Origin: an uncultured Burkholderiales bacterium
GTDB lineage: Bacteria; Pseudomonadota; Gammaproteobacteria; Burkholderiales; Burkholderiaceae_C
Length of the DNA: 64,000 bases
Direction: 5' to 3'
Assembly: GCA_965650765.1 (NCBI GenBank)
Contig: CBFGPV010000006.1
Span: 1,245-65,244, forward strand
The notes below the pieces were generated by a model that was not told where the DNA came from, made no database searches, and worked only from the letters and a program-made list of their open reading frames with translations. Each line of letters begins with the position of its first letter. Position 1 is the first letter of the stretch. Below are positions 11,768 to 21,661 of this stretch, one piece after another. The position numbers were made by a program, and so were the translations under genes.

Positions 11768-14700
11768 ATGTTCGGTTCGATCTGGCCGCGCTGGCAGCGC
11801 GGTGCATGGGCTCTGGCGCTGGGCGCCGGGGTCACCCTGCTGAGTGCGTGCGGCGGTGGGGGCGGGGGCAGCGATGGCGGGACTGAGCCACCGCCCGGCG
11901 GTGGCGGCACGACCGGCGTTGCGGCATCCACCTTGCGGGTGCACTACCAGCGCAGCGACAACAACTACACCGACTGGGCCGTCTATTCCTGGAGCGGCCC
12001 GACCACACCGTCCAGCGGCTGGCCCGGCTCGCCGCGGTTTGCCTTTGCATCGACCGACAGCTGGGGCGCGTACGTCGACATCGCGCTGGACACCAGCAAG
12101 GGCCGCATCGACTTCCTGCTGAACAAGGCCACCGGCGCCACCACCGCCGACAAGGACGGCGAATGCGACCGCAGCGTGAGCTTTGCGGCCGACATCACCA
12201 CCCGCGGCCAGGAGGTCTGGCTCAAGCAGGGCGACTGTGCGGTGTACAGCAGCGCCGGTGCGGCCAGCGGCCTGAACCTGGCCAGCGCCAAGGCCATGTG
12301 GCTGGCACCGGGCACAATCGTCTGGCCGGGCGCGCCGGCGGGCAGCCAGTACCGGCTGCACCATGCCGCGCAAGGCGGTATCGCAGCCGGCACCACCGGG
12401 GTCACCGGGGCCGATGGCAGCGTCGAGCTGTCGCTCGCCGCCCTGCCGGCCGAGCTGGCGGCGCGCTTTCCGCATCTGGCCTCGGCCCAGGCACTCACGG
12501 TGCCGGCCGCAGCGCAGGCCAACGTGCCGGTCTGGCTGAAGGGTCAGCTGGTGATCACGCGCGAGGCGGCCGGTCAGGTCCAGGCGGCCACGCAGCTGCA
12601 GGTACAGGGCGTGCTGGATGCGCTGTATGCCGATCAGGCTGCCGGCGCCGTGCTGGGCACGAGCTTTGCGGCCGACGGCACACCGACCTTCCGCCTGTGG
12701 GCCCCGACGGCGCGCTCGGTCGAGCTGCGCATCGTGGGCGGCCCGCCCGTGCCGATGGTGCTGGATGCCGCCTCCGGCGTGTGGAGTGTGGTCGGTGACA
12801 AGGCCTGGACCAACCAGGCCTACTACACCTACCGCGTGCAGGTGTACTCGCGTGCCGACGCGGCGGTTGTCACCAACGACGTGACCGACCCCTATGCCGT
12901 CACGCTCAACGCCAATGGCCAGGCGGCCATGGTGGCCGACCTGTCGCACGCCATGTTCAAGCCCGCGGGCTGGGACACCCATGCCGTGCCCCCGCTGGCC
13001 GCACCGGAAGACAGCGTGCTGTACGAGCTGCATGTGCGCGACTTTTCGGTCAACGACGGCACCGTGCCGGCCGCCGACCGCGGCAAGTACACCGCCTTCG
13101 CACGCTCGCAGTCGCGCGGCATGCAGCACCTGCAGTCGCTGGCAGCAGCCGGGCTGACCCATGTGCACCTGCTGCCCACCTATGACCTGGCCACCATCGA
13201 CGAGGTCGGCTGCCAGTCGCCGGCGGTCACCGGCGCCGGGCCGGTCAGCGAGGCGCCGCAGGCGACGATTGCGGCCGTGAAGGACCAGGACTGCTTCAAC
13301 TGGGGTTATGACCCGCGCCACTACGGTGCACCCGAAGGCAGCTACGCCACCAACCCGGCAGATGGCGCGGTGCGCGTGCGCGAGTTCCGCGAGATGGTGC
13401 AGTCGCTGCACGGCAACGGCCTGCGTGTCGTGATGGACGTGGTCTACAACCACACCAGCGGCAACTTCCTGGATCGCATCGTGCCGGGCTACTACTACCG
13501 CCTCAGCGGCGATGGCGTGATCGAGCGCAGCACCTGCTGCGACAACACCGCGCCCGAGTACCGCATGATGGAAAAGCTGATGCTCGACACGCTGCGCACC
13601 TGGGCGGTGCACTACCGCGTCGATGGCTTCCGCTTCGACATCATGGGGCACATTCCCAAGGCCGCGATGGTCAAGGCGCGCACCCAGACCGACGCTGCCG
13701 CCGGCCGCGAGCTGCTGTACTACGGCGAGGCCTGGAACTTCGGCGAGGTCGAGAATGACCGGCAGTTCGTCCAGGCGCGCCAGGCCAATCTGGCCGGCAC
13801 CGGCATCGGCTCGTTCAGCGACCGCATCCGTGATGCCATCCGCGGCGGCGGGCCTTTCGACTCCGGCCAGGACATGATCCGCAACCAGGGCTTCGTGAGT
13901 GGCCGCTGCTACGACAACAACGAGCTCAATGCCGGCGCCTGCACCGAGGCCCAGCGTGCCGACCTGCGCTACCGCCAGGACCTGATCCGCCTGGGGCTGG
14001 CCGGCAGCGTGCGCAACTTCATGCTCAACGGCAAGGCCGCCTCGGCCTACGACTACGGCGGCCAGCAGGCCGGCTACACCAGCGACCCGCAGGAAGTCGT
14101 GAACTACGCCGGCGTGCACGATGGTGAAACCCTGTTCGACATCGGCCAGTACAAGCATCCGATCGGCACGACCGCCGCAGAACGCGCCCGGGCGCAGGTG
14201 GTGGCGCTGGGCACCGTGCTGATGGGGCAGGGCATGCCGTTCATCCATGCCGGTGACGAGCTGCTGCGCTCCAAGTCGTTCGATCGCGACAGCTACAACT
14301 CGGGCGACTGGTTCAACCGCATCGACTGGACGGCCTCGACCAACTACTTCGGCGAGATGGGCCTGCCGCCGGCCGAGAAGAACCTCGACGGCTGGGACCT
14401 GATGAAGCCTTATCTGCAGGCGGCCCAGGCCCGCCCGGCGGCGGCCGACATCGCCGCCACGCGCGATGCGGTGCTGGACCTGCTGCGCCTGCGGCGCGAC
14501 ACCACGATGCTGCGCCTGCGCACCGGCGAGGACGTCACCGCCTGCGTGAGCTTCCCCGACGAAGCCGCGCAGAAGGACGGCCTGATCGTCATGCGCATTG
14601 CCGGCAGCAAGGCGGGTGGCGGTGCCTGTGGCGACGGCAAGTACCAGAGCCTGATCGTGCTGATCAACGCCCATGCGCAGGCCCAGTCGTACACCCTGCC

Positions 14701-14842
14701 GGCCTACGTGGGCAAGACGGCCGCGCTGCACCCGGTGCAGCAGGCCGGCAGCGACGCCCGTGTGCGCCAGGCGGCCTTTGATCCGGCGACCGGGGCCTTC
14801 ACGGCGCCGGGCCGCACGATTGCCGTGTTTGCCCAGCCCTGA
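11768..14842 (+). CDS. pulA: pullulanase-type alpha-1,6-glucosidase (GH13), lipoprotein
   Basis: Start moved to the second ATG (SD aggaga at 11757-11762). Lipobox LLSAC followed by a Gly-rich linker. GH13 regions VVMDVVYNHT, GFRFDIMGH, YGEAWNF and NYAGVHDGETL. Confidence 0.88.
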   Translation: MFGSIWPRWQRGAWALALGAGVTLLSACGGGGGGSDGGTEPPPGGGGTTGVAASTLRVHYQRSDNNYTDWAVYSWSGPTTPSSGWPGSPRFAFASTDSWGAYVDIALDTSKGRIDFLLNKATGATTADKDGECDRSVSFAADITTRGQEVWLKQGDCAVYSSAGAASGLNLASAKAMWLAPGTIVWPGAPAGSQYRLHHAAQGGIAAGTTGVTGADGSVELSLAALPAELAARFPHLASAQALTVPAAAQANVPVWLKGQLVITREAAGQVQAATQLQVQGVLDALYADQAAGAVLGTSFAADGTPTFRLWAPTARSVELRIVGGPPVPMVLDAASGVWSVVGDKAWTNQAYYTYRVQVYSRADAAVVTNDVTDPYAVTLNANGQAAMVADLSHAMFKPAGWDTHAVPPLAAPEDSVLYELHVRDFSVNDGTVPAADRGKYTAFARSQSRGMQHLQSLAAAGLTHVHLLPTYDLATIDEVGCQSPAVTGAGPVSEAPQATIAAVKDQDCFNWGYDPRHYGAPEGSYATNPADGAVRVREFREMVQSLHGNGLRVVMDVVYNHTSGNFLDRIVPGYYYRLSGDGVIERSTCCDNTAPEYRMMEKLMLDTLRTWAVHYRVDGFRFDIMGHIPKAAMVKARTQTDAAAGRELLYYGEAWNFGEVENDRQFVQARQANLAGTGIGSFSDRIRDAIRGGGPFDSGQDMIRNQGFVSGRCYDNNELNAGACTEAQRADLRYRQDLIRLGLAGSVRNFMLNGKAASAYDYGGQQAGYTSDPQEVVNYAGVHDGETLFDIGQYKHPIGTTAAERARAQVVALGTVLMGQGMPFIHAGDELLRSKSFDRDSYNSGDWFNRIDWTASTNYFGEMGLPPAEKNLDGWDLMKPYLQAAQARPAAADIAATRDAVLDLLRLRRDTTMLRLRTGEDVTACVSFPDEAAQKDGLIVMRIAGSKAGGGACGDGKYQSLIVLINAHAQAQSYTLPAYVGKTAALHPVQQAGSDARVRQAAFDPATGAFTAPGRTIAVFAQP

Positions 14843-14886
14843 GCATCCGGGCTAACCCTCAGGCGTTGCCTCGGCACGCCGCTTGC

Positions 14887-14919
14887 AAGACCGCCGGTGC
14901 AGCCCGGCGGTCTTTTTTT
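14887..14919 (+). terminator. rho-independent terminator after the pullulanase gene
   Basis: Stem aagaccgccgg, loop tgcagc, stem ccggcggtctt, followed by a T run. Confidence 0.85.
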
Positions 14920-14974
14920 GTGCAACTTCGGGCGAGAATGGCGGTTTCGTCATATTCCCAAGAGGAACGACTTC

Positions 14975-15868
14975 ATGACTCAAGCTTCCCTGAGCCTATC
15001 CACGCTCACTCCGATGTGGCAGCGCGCTGCCATGCTGATGGCCGGCCTCGTGCTCGCCGCCTGCGGCAAGCAGGCTGAGCCACCGCCTCCGCCGCCCGCC
15101 GCTCCTGCGGTCGAGGCCTCGGCACCGGCCCCGGCTCCGGCCAAGGTGTACGTCGTCGGCACCGACGCGGCCTATGCGCCGTTCGAGTCCCAGAACGACA
15201 AGGGCGAGATCGTCGGTTTCGACATCGACGTGGTCAGCGCGATCGCGGCCAAGGCCGGCTTCGAGGTGAAGTTCGTCAACACTCCCTGGGAAGGCATCTT
15301 CAACACGCTGGCTCAGGGCGACCGCGACTTCCTCGTCTCGGCGATCACGATCACCGAAGAGCGCAAGCAGACGATGGACTTCTCCAACCCCTACTTCGAC
15401 GCCAGCCAGCTGATCGCCGTGCGCGACAACTCCAAGGTCGCCAAGTTCGATGACCTGAAGAAGCTGAAGGTCGGCGTGCAGACCGGCACCACCGGCGACG
15501 AGGTCGTGACCAAGCTGCTGGGCAAGAACAGCACCAACGTCAAGCGCTTCGAGTCCACCCCGCTGGCACTGAAGGAGCTGGAAGCTGGTGGCGTCGACGC
15601 CGTCGTGGCCGACAACGGTGTGGTCGAGAACTACGTGGCCAACAACACCACGGCCAAGTTCAAGACCGTCTCGGACAGCAGCTTCACGCCTGAGCAGTAC
15701 GGCTTGGCCGTGCGCAAGGGCAATGCCGAACTGCTCGAGAAGCTGAACAAGGGCCTGGCCGACATCAAGGCCGACGGCACCTACGACCAGATCTACGCCA
15801 AGTACTTCGGCGCCAAGCGGGACATGCCGGCAGCGGCTGCACCGGCGGCGTCGGCTGCGTCGAACTGA
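14975..15868 (+). CDS. amino acid ABC transporter substrate-binding lipoprotein (PBP type 3)
   Basis: SD agagga at 14961-14966. Lipobox LAAC then an Ala/Pro linker. SBP_bac_3-like core with YVVGTDAAYAPFE and DFSNPYF. Confidence 0.88.
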   Translation: MTQASLSLSTLTPMWQRAAMLMAGLVLAACGKQAEPPPPPPAAPAVEASAPAPAPAKVYVVGTDAAYAPFESQNDKGEIVGFDIDVVSAIAAKAGFEVKFVNTPWEGIFNTLAQGDRDFLVSAITITEERKQTMDFSNPYFDASQLIAVRDNSKVAKFDDLKKLKVGVQTGTTGDEVVTKLLGKNSTNVKRFESTPLALKELEAGGVDAVVADNGVVENYVANNTTAKFKTVSDSSFTPEQYGLAVRKGNAELLEKLNKGLADIKADGTYDQIYAKYFGAKRDMPAAAAPAASAASN

Positions 15869-15912
15869 CGCGCCAGCACGTCGTGCGATTTCTGCGACTC
15901 TAGGACGCCACC

Positions 15913-16665
15913 GTGGACTTGCGCTGGGAAATCCTCTCCGGATACACACCCCTGTTCATCGCCGGGTTGTGGATGACCATCAAGCTCACCATCGTCGCGA
16001 TCGCCGGCGGGCTGGCGCTGGGTCTGTTGCTCGGGCTGGTGACGGCCTCGCGCAACGCCCCGCCGCCCAAGGCGACGTGGGCGCGTGTGCTGATTAGGCC
16101 GGCGCAGTGGTTGACGGTGGCCTACGTCACCTTCTTCCGCGGCACGCCGCTGTTCGTGCAGATCCTGCTGGTGCACTTTGCGCTGATGCCCACGCTGGTG
16201 CATCCCGAGCATGGCCTGCTGCTGAGCGGCGAGGCGGCCACGCAGTTGCGGCAGAACTACGGTGCCTTCCTGTCCGGTGCGCTGGCCCTCACGCTCAACG
16301 CGGGGGCCTACATCTCGGAGATTTTCCGGGCCGGCATCCAGTCGATCCACACCGGTCAGACCCAGGCAGCCTACAGCCTGGGTCTGACGCACGGGCAGAG
16401 CATGCGTTACGTGATCCTGCCGCAGGCGTTCCGGCGCATGGTGCCGCCGCTGGTCAACGAAGCCGTGACCCTGGTCAAGGATTCGTCGCTGGTGTCCGCC
16501 ATCGGCCTGGCCGAGCTGGCCCTGGCAGCCCGCACCGTGGCCGGGGCGTACTCGCGCTACTGGGAGCCCTACCTGGCCATCTCGGCCATGTACCTGGTGA
16601 TGACGCTGGTGCTGTCGCTGCTGGCCCGCAAGCTCGAGGCGCCCGCGCATCTGCGCGGCCGCTGA
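15913..16665 (+). CDS. amino acid ABC transporter permease (His/Glu/Gln/Arg type)
   Basis: 250 aa. EAA-like loop with AAYSLGLTHGQSMRYVILPQAFRRMVPPLVNE. GTG start. Confidence 0.88.
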   Translation: MDLRWEILSGYTPLFIAGLWMTIKLTIVAIAGGLALGLLLGLVTASRNAPPPKATWARVLIRPAQWLTVAYVTFFRGTPLFVQILLVHFALMPTLVHPEHGLLLSGEAATQLRQNYGAFLSGALALTLNAGAYISEIFRAGIQSIHTGQTQAAYSLGLTHGQSMRYVILPQAFRRMVPPLVNEAVTLVKDSSLVSAIGLAELALAARTVAGAYSRYWEPYLAISAMYLVMTLVLSLLARKLEAPAHLRGR

Positions 16666-16719
16666 CCCGGCGCGGCCGCTGAGGCGCGCATCGACTCCTT
16701 CCCCCAGCGGGGAGGGGGT

Positions 16720-16751
16720 GGCAGGCCCCGTCGCGGGCCTGCCGGTTCTTT
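16720..16751 (+). terminator. rho-independent terminator after the ABC permease
   Basis: Stem ggcaggccc, 6-nt loop, stem gggcctgcc, followed by ggttctttc. Confidence 0.7.
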
Positions 16752-16783
16752 CCCCCTTGAAACCGGCCTGACGGCCCCCATGT
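16751..16783 (+). promoter_or_regulatory. sigma-32 (RpoH) heat-shock promoter of htpG
   Basis: tcccCCTTGAAA at 16751-16762, a 13-nt spacer, then CCCCATGT at 16776-16783. This matches the consensus CTTGAAA-N13/14-CCCCATnT and lies 72 nt upstream of the htpG ATG. Confidence 0.75.
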
Positions 16784-16854
16784 CAGCGCGGCAGCGTGTG
16801 TCGTCCACTCGTCCACGCGCGTGCCGTTCACCGTCAGCCTGCACAGAACACATC

Positions 16855-18729
16855 ATGGAAAAGCAAACCCTGTCGTTCCAAGCCGAAGTCAAGCAACTGC
16901 TGCACCTTGTGGCGCATTCGCTGTACTCGAACAAGGAGATCTTCCTGCGTGAGCTGATCTCCAATGCGTCGGATGCCTGCGACAAGCTGCGTTTCGAGGC
17001 GCTGAACCATGCCCAGCTCTACGAGGACCAGCCCAACCTCGAAGTGCGCGTGAGCTTCGACAAGGCGAACCGCACCGTGACGATCAGCGACAACGGCATC
17101 GGCCTGTCGGCCGAGGAGGCGGTGGCCAACCTGGGCACGATCGCCAAGAGCGGCACGCGCGAGTTCATGGACAAGCTCTCGGGCGACCAGCAGAAGGACG
17201 CCCAGCTGATCGGCCAGTTCGGCGTGGGCTTCTACAGCGGCTTCATCGTGGCCGACCGCATCACCGTCGAGTCTCGGCGCGCCGGCCTGCCGGCCGAGCA
17301 GGGGGTGCGCTGGAGCAGCGATGGCACCGGCGACTTCGAGGTCGAGCCCATCACCCGCGCACAGCGCGGCACCGACGTGATCCTGCACCTGCGCGAAGAG
17401 GAGGGCGACTACCTCAGCCGCTGGCGCCTGAAGTCCATCATCGGCAAGTACTCCGACCACATCTCCCTGCCCATCCTGATGCGCAAGGAGGAGTGGGATC
17501 AGGACAAGGGCGAGCATGTGCTGAAGGACGAATGGGAGACCGTCAACCAGGCGGCGGCTCTCTGGACACGCTCCAAGTCCGACGTGGATGAGGCGCAGTA
17601 CCACGAGTTCTACAAGCAGATCACCTACGACACCGAGGCGCCGCTGGCCTACACCCACAACCGGGTCGAGGGCCGCAGCGAATACACGCAGCTCCTCTAC
17701 ATCCCGGCCAAGGCCCCGTTCGACCTGTGGAACCGCGACAAGCGCGGCGGCGTGAAGCTCTATGTCAAGCGCGTGTTCATCATGGACGACGCCGAAGCCC
17801 TGATGCCGGTCTACCTGCGCTTCGTGCGTGGTGTCATCGACAGTGCCGACCTGCCGCTGAACGTGTCGCGCGAATTGCTGCAGGAAAGCCGCGACGTCAA
17901 GGCCATCCGCGAGGGCTCGACCAAGAAGGTGCTGTCCATGCTGGAAGACCTGGCCGAGAACCAGAAGGACAAATACGCGAGCTTCTGGAAGGAGTTCGGC
18001 GCCGTGCTCAAGGAAGGTGTGGGCGAGGACAACACCAACCGCGACCGACTGGCCAAGCTGCTGCGTTTTGCGTCCACCCATGCCGACGAAGGTGTGTCGC
18101 TCGACGATTACGTCGCCCGCATGAAGGAAGGCCAGGAAGCCATCTACTACATTACCGCCGACACCCTGGCAGCCGCCCGCAACAGCCCGCAGCTGGAGAT
18201 CTTCCGCAAGAAGGGGATCGAGGTGCTGCTGATGACCGATCGGGTCGACGAGTGGATGCTCAACTACCTGTTCGAGTTTGCCGACAAGCCGCTGCAAAGC
18301 GTGGCCAAGGGCTCGGTCGACCTGGGCAAGCTGCAGGACGAGGAAGAGAAGAAAAAGGCCGACGAGGCCGCCGAGGCTTTCAAGCCCCTGCTCGAGCGGC
18401 TGCGCGAAAGCCTCAAGGACCGCGCCAAGGACACCCGGGTGACCACCCGTCTGGTCGACTCACCGGCCTGCCTCGTGACCGAAGAGGGCGACATGAGCGG
18501 TCACCTGGCCCGTCTGCTCAAGCAGGCCGGCCAGCAGGCGCCGCGCACGCTGCCCATCCTGGAGATCAACACCGAGCACACGCTGGTGCGCCGGCTGGCC
18601 GACACCGAAGGTGAACGCTTCGACACCCTGGCACAGGTGCTGTTCGACCAGGCCCTGCTGGCCGAGGGCGGGCAGCTCGAGGACCCGGCGGCCTATGTGC
18701 GCCGCGTCAACAGCCTGCTGACCCACTGA
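16855..18729 (+). CDS. htpG: molecular chaperone HtpG (Hsp90)
   Basis: Start at [19 protein letters not shown]. Hsp90 motifs [18 protein letters not shown] and GQFGVGFYS. Confidence 0.96.
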   Translation: MEKQTLSFQAEVKQLLHLVAHSLYSNKEIFLRELISNASDACDKLRFEALNHAQLYEDQPNLEVRVSFDKANRTVTISDNGIGLSAEEAVANLGTIAKSGTREFMDKLSGDQQKDAQLIGQFGVGFYSGFIVADRITVESRRAGLPAEQGVRWSSDGTGDFEVEPITRAQRGTDVILHLREEEGDYLSRWRLKSIIGKYSDHISLPILMRKEEWDQDKGEHVLKDEWETVNQAAALWTRSKSDVDEAQYHEFYKQITYDTEAPLAYTHNRVEGRSEYTQLLYIPAKAPFDLWNRDKRGGVKLYVKRVFIMDDAEALMPVYLRFVRGVIDSADLPLNVSRELLQESRDVKAIREGSTKKVLSMLEDLAENQKDKYASFWKEFGAVLKEGVGEDNTNRDRLAKLLRFASTHADEGVSLDDYVARMKEGQEAIYYITADTLAAARNSPQLEIFRKKGIEVLLMTDRVDEWMLNYLFEFADKPLQSVAKGSVDLGKLQDEEEKKKADEAAEAFKPLLERLRESLKDRAKDTRVTTRLVDSPACLVTEEGDMSGHLARLLKQAGQQAPRTLPILEINTEHTLVRRLADTEGERFDTLAQVLFDQALLAEGGQLEDPAAYVRRVNSLLTH

Positions 18730-18771
18730 GCGGCTGAGCGGCAGCTCGGGGAGCGGGCGCGGTGCGCCCGC

Positions 18772-19767
18772 TCAGACGTGCAGCGGCGCCTGCGCCATCG
18801 CGTCGGCCTGCTCGCGCAACACCGTGACCTGTTCGGACCAGTAGGCCGACGTCCCGAACCACGGGAACGCGGCCGGGAAGGCCGGGTCGTCCCAGCGCCG
18901 GGCCAGCCAGGCGCTGTAGTGGATCTGGCGCAACGTGCGCAGCGGTTCCAGCAGACGCAGTTCGCGGCGATCGAACTCGCGGAAGTCCTCGTACCCGGCC
19001 AGCACGTCGCTCAGCTGGCGGGTCATCGTGGCGCGGTCGCCTGACAGCAGCATCCACAGATCCTGTGCGGCGGGCGCCATGCGCGCATCGTCCAGGTCCA
19101 CGAAGTGCGGGCCGCCACCTTCGGTCCACAGGATGTTGCCGACGTGGCAGTCGCCGTGCACGCGGATCGTGGTCACGTCACCCGCGGCAGCAAAGGCCTC
19201 GCGCACGGCGTCGAGGGCGCGTGCCATCGCATCTTCCCAGGCCGGGCGGACGTCCGGTGGCACCGACTCGTGCGCCAGCAACCAGTCGCGCGGTTCCTCG
19301 CCGAAGCTGGTGATGTCCAGCGCGGGGCGATGCACAAAGGGCTGCTTCGCCCCGACGGCATGGATGCGGCCCAGGAATCGGCCGAGCCACTCCAGCGTCA
19401 GCGGATCGTCCAGCTCCGGCGCACGACCGCCCCGGCGTGGCGACACCGCCAGCAGGAATCCGTCGTGTTCGGCCAGGGTTCTGCCTGATGCCAGCGGCAG
19501 GGGGGCCACCACCGGCACCTCGGCATCGGCCAGGGCCCGGGCAAAGGCATGCTCCTCCAGGATCTGCTCGACCGACCAGCGTCCGGGCCGATAGAACTTG
19601 GCGACGACCACCTGGCCATCCTCGAGGTGCACCTGGAACACCCGGTTCTCATACGAATTCAGCTGGATCAGCCGCCCGTCGCCGCGCAGGCCGGCGGCGT
19701 CGAGGGCGTCCAGCACGCAGTCGGGCGTGAGGCGGTCATACGGGTGAGATGCTGCAGGTGCGGTCAT
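18772..19767 (-). CDS. srkA: stress-response Ser/Thr kinase, SrkA/YihE (aminoglycoside phosphotransferase fold)
   Basis: 331 aa. N-terminal LNSYENRVFQV motif, catalytic HGDCHVGNILW and DLDD. Confidence 0.85.
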   Translation of the reverse strand: MTAPAASHPYDRLTPDCVLDALDAAGLRGDGRLIQLNSYENRVFQVHLEDGQVVVAKFYRPGRWSVEQILEEHAFARALADAEVPVVAPLPLASGRTLAEHDGFLLAVSPRRGGRAPELDDPLTLEWLGRFLGRIHAVGAKQPFVHRPALDITSFGEEPRDWLLAHESVPPDVRPAWEDAMARALDAVREAFAAAGDVTTIRVHGDCHVGNILWTEGGGPHFVDLDDARMAPAAQDLWMLLSGDRATMTRQLSDVLAGYEDFREFDRRELRLLEPLRTLRQIHYSAWLARRWDDPAFPAAFPWFGTSAYWSEQVTVLREQADAMAQAPLHV

Positions 19768-19839
19768 GCGGCATCGTAGCCGCAGTCGGGGCGCAGGCCC
19801 TGGCCGAGACTGCCATCGGCGTTGCAGACTGCAGGCAGG

Positions 19840-20625
19840 TCAGCGGCCAGGCGGTGCGGCGTGATCGACCACCCGGCCCACGATGTCCGTGGCCGCGGGG
19901 GGTGCGGCTGTACGGGTTGGGGCCGGTGGGGGAGGGGGCGCCGGCGCCAGCGGGGTGAACCCGCTTTCGACCAGGCCTTCGAGGCGACTGTCCGGCGCAA
20001 AGAAGGAGTCGTGCGAAAAGCTGGAGTCCTGCCACAGCGCATCGCGCTGTTCGCGCCGACGCTTGACCGTGGTGGCCAGGGTGCTGCGCGCTTCGTCGAG
20101 CTGCGAGGGGCCGGTCACCGGGCCGCTGCCGGACAAGGCGGCCGCACCGGCGTCCTGCAGGACCATGCGCTGCACCTCGTCGAGCGAGGGCAGGTCATCG
20201 ACCATGAAGCACAGGTAGCGCACCCGGCAGGCGCGCAGCACACCGGCCTTGATGGCCGAGGCTCGCCGCGATCCGCCGCGGGGCCCTTCGATGTCGATCG
20301 CGGCGATCACGCGCCCGCCCGGAGTGCAGATGGCGAAGGTGACGTGCAGGCTGGCGATCAGGTCGTGCCAGTACTTGACCCGCGCCGGTTCGCTGGGCTG
20401 CGTGAACCGCGTCAGCGGCAGCTTGACGAGCACCGCGTGCTGGGGAAAGGCCTCGACCAGTTGCGCAAACATGCGCCGCTCCTGGGCAGTGAACACCGGG
20501 CGCAGCGTCAGGTGCCACTCTCGTGGCAAGGCCTTGGAGCGCTGCCGGCGCAAAAGGACGTGGGCCAGCCCCGCTCCGACAAGCGCTGCGACCACCACCA
20601 GCACGATCAGCAACAGGGAATCCAT
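19840..20625 (-). CDS. membrane-anchored DUF2726 (restriction-endonuclease-like fold) protein with Pro-rich C-terminal tail
   Basis: N-terminal TM segment LLLIVLVVVAALVGAGLA. DUF2726-like core with RPVFTAQERRMFAQLVEAFP and HVTFAICT...IAAIDIEG. The tail contains APAPPPPPAP. Confidence 0.65.
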   Translation of the reverse strand: MDSLLLIVLVVVAALVGAGLAHVLLRRQRSKALPREWHLTLRPVFTAQERRMFAQLVEAFPQHAVLVKLPLTRFTQPSEPARVKYWHDLIASLHVTFAICTPGGRVIAAIDIEGPRGGSRRASAIKAGVLRACRVRYLCFMVDDLPSLDEVQRMVLQDAGAAALSGSGPVTGPSQLDEARSTLATTVKRRREQRDALWQDSSFSHDSFFAPDSRLEGLVESGFTPLAPAPPPPPAPTRTAAPPAATDIVGRVVDHAAPPGR

Positions 20626-20769
20626 GGCCTCACCACATCCGCCCGGATCACCGCCGCCCCTTGTGAGTGGGCATGCCGGACGCTCTGCGGCGCGATGTTA
20701 CTGACGGCCACGATGGCCGCCCATCGCCCATATCGGGGGTCCGGGGGCGATGTCAGGCCCGGGGGGGCC

Positions 20770-21498
20770 TCATTCCGAGGCGGTGCTGCGGGTCGTGCCG
20801 AGCTGGGTCTTGATCTCGGCCACGGCGTCCAGCACGGCGTCGAGCCGCAGCGCATGCCGCTTTAGCCGGTAGTCCACCTCGGCGGCCTGACCTTCGATGA
20901 TCTGCTCCACATGGGTGGCCAGCGTGTCCGGCGGCAACTTGAGGCAGGCCTGCGACTCGCTGCCGTGCCGTTCCACGACGGCGCCGGCCTTGCGTGCGAT
21001 CTTCAGCATCGCGGTGTTTTCGCTCAGCGCATGCACATACAACGTGTCGATGCGGCGGTTGCGGGCATGCATCACGGCCCGGTCGAACAGCCGTGCACCA
21101 TAACCTCGACCCCGGGCCGAACGGGACACCGAGACACCGAACTCCACCATGGCCGGTTCGCCGATGATCTGCTGGGGAGCACCGTAGGCCAGATGGGCCA
21201 CGGCGATCAGCTGCAGCCTGCGATTGAAGATGCCGAACACCTCGTCGCGCTCGAAATCGAGCGACGCGACGTATTTTTCGATCTGCAGGTCGGTGGCCGG
21301 GTGGCCGAAACGCAGGTAGCGGTCCGACGCATCCAGCGCCAGCAGATGCGCCAGGATGCGCGGGCGATGCCGCGCCGCGAGCGAGCGCACCGGCACCCAG
21401 GTGAACAGGGGCGCAGCAGGCGGCTGGCCCGAGTCCGGGCGATCGTGGCGGCCCACACCAAAGCGGGGGCGGCTCAATGCGTCACCGGGATAGCCCAT
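20770..21498 (-). CDS. GNAT family N-acetyltransferase
   Basis: Acetyl-CoA motif SARGRGYGARLFDRAVMHA. ATG at 21498 has the SD AAGGAG 6 nt upstream. The ORF track starts one codon earlier, at a GTG. Confidence 0.75.
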   Translation of the reverse strand: MGYPGDALSRPRFGVGRHDRPDSGQPPAAPLFTWVPVRSLAARHRPRILAHLLALDASDRYLRFGHPATDLQIEKYVASLDFERDEVFGIFNRRLQLIAVAHLAYGAPQQIIGEPAMVEFGVSVSRSARGRGYGARLFDRAVMHARNRRIDTLYVHALSENTAMLKIARKAGAVVERHGSESQACLKLPPDTLATHVEQIIEGQAAEVDYRLKRHALRLDAVLDAVAEIKTQLGTTRSTASE

Positions 21499-21631
21499 CA
21501 CATGCTCCTTAAGGGTTAACCCTAGGATACCCGACCCGTGGCATCCTGCCCAGGGTCGGGGCCCTCAATTCCTGTGCCGAATCAGGGACTTGTACACATG
21601 AAGCCTGATTTTGCGGGGTACGTCCGGGCGC

Positions 21632-21661
21632 TTGCGCCGATCGGGTCGGGGCGGGTATACT
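21632..21661 (+). promoter_or_regulatory. candidate sigma-70 promoter of rplM-rpsI (TTGCGC-N18-TATACT)
   Basis: AT-rich hexamer TATACT at 21656-21661. This would give a leader of about 265 nt. Confidence 0.4.

Noticed and set aside
11753-14731. 992-aa minus-strand ORF opposite the pullulanase gene
   Set aside because: The plus-strand frame carries all four GH13 conserved regions and a lipoprotein signal. The antisense frame has none.
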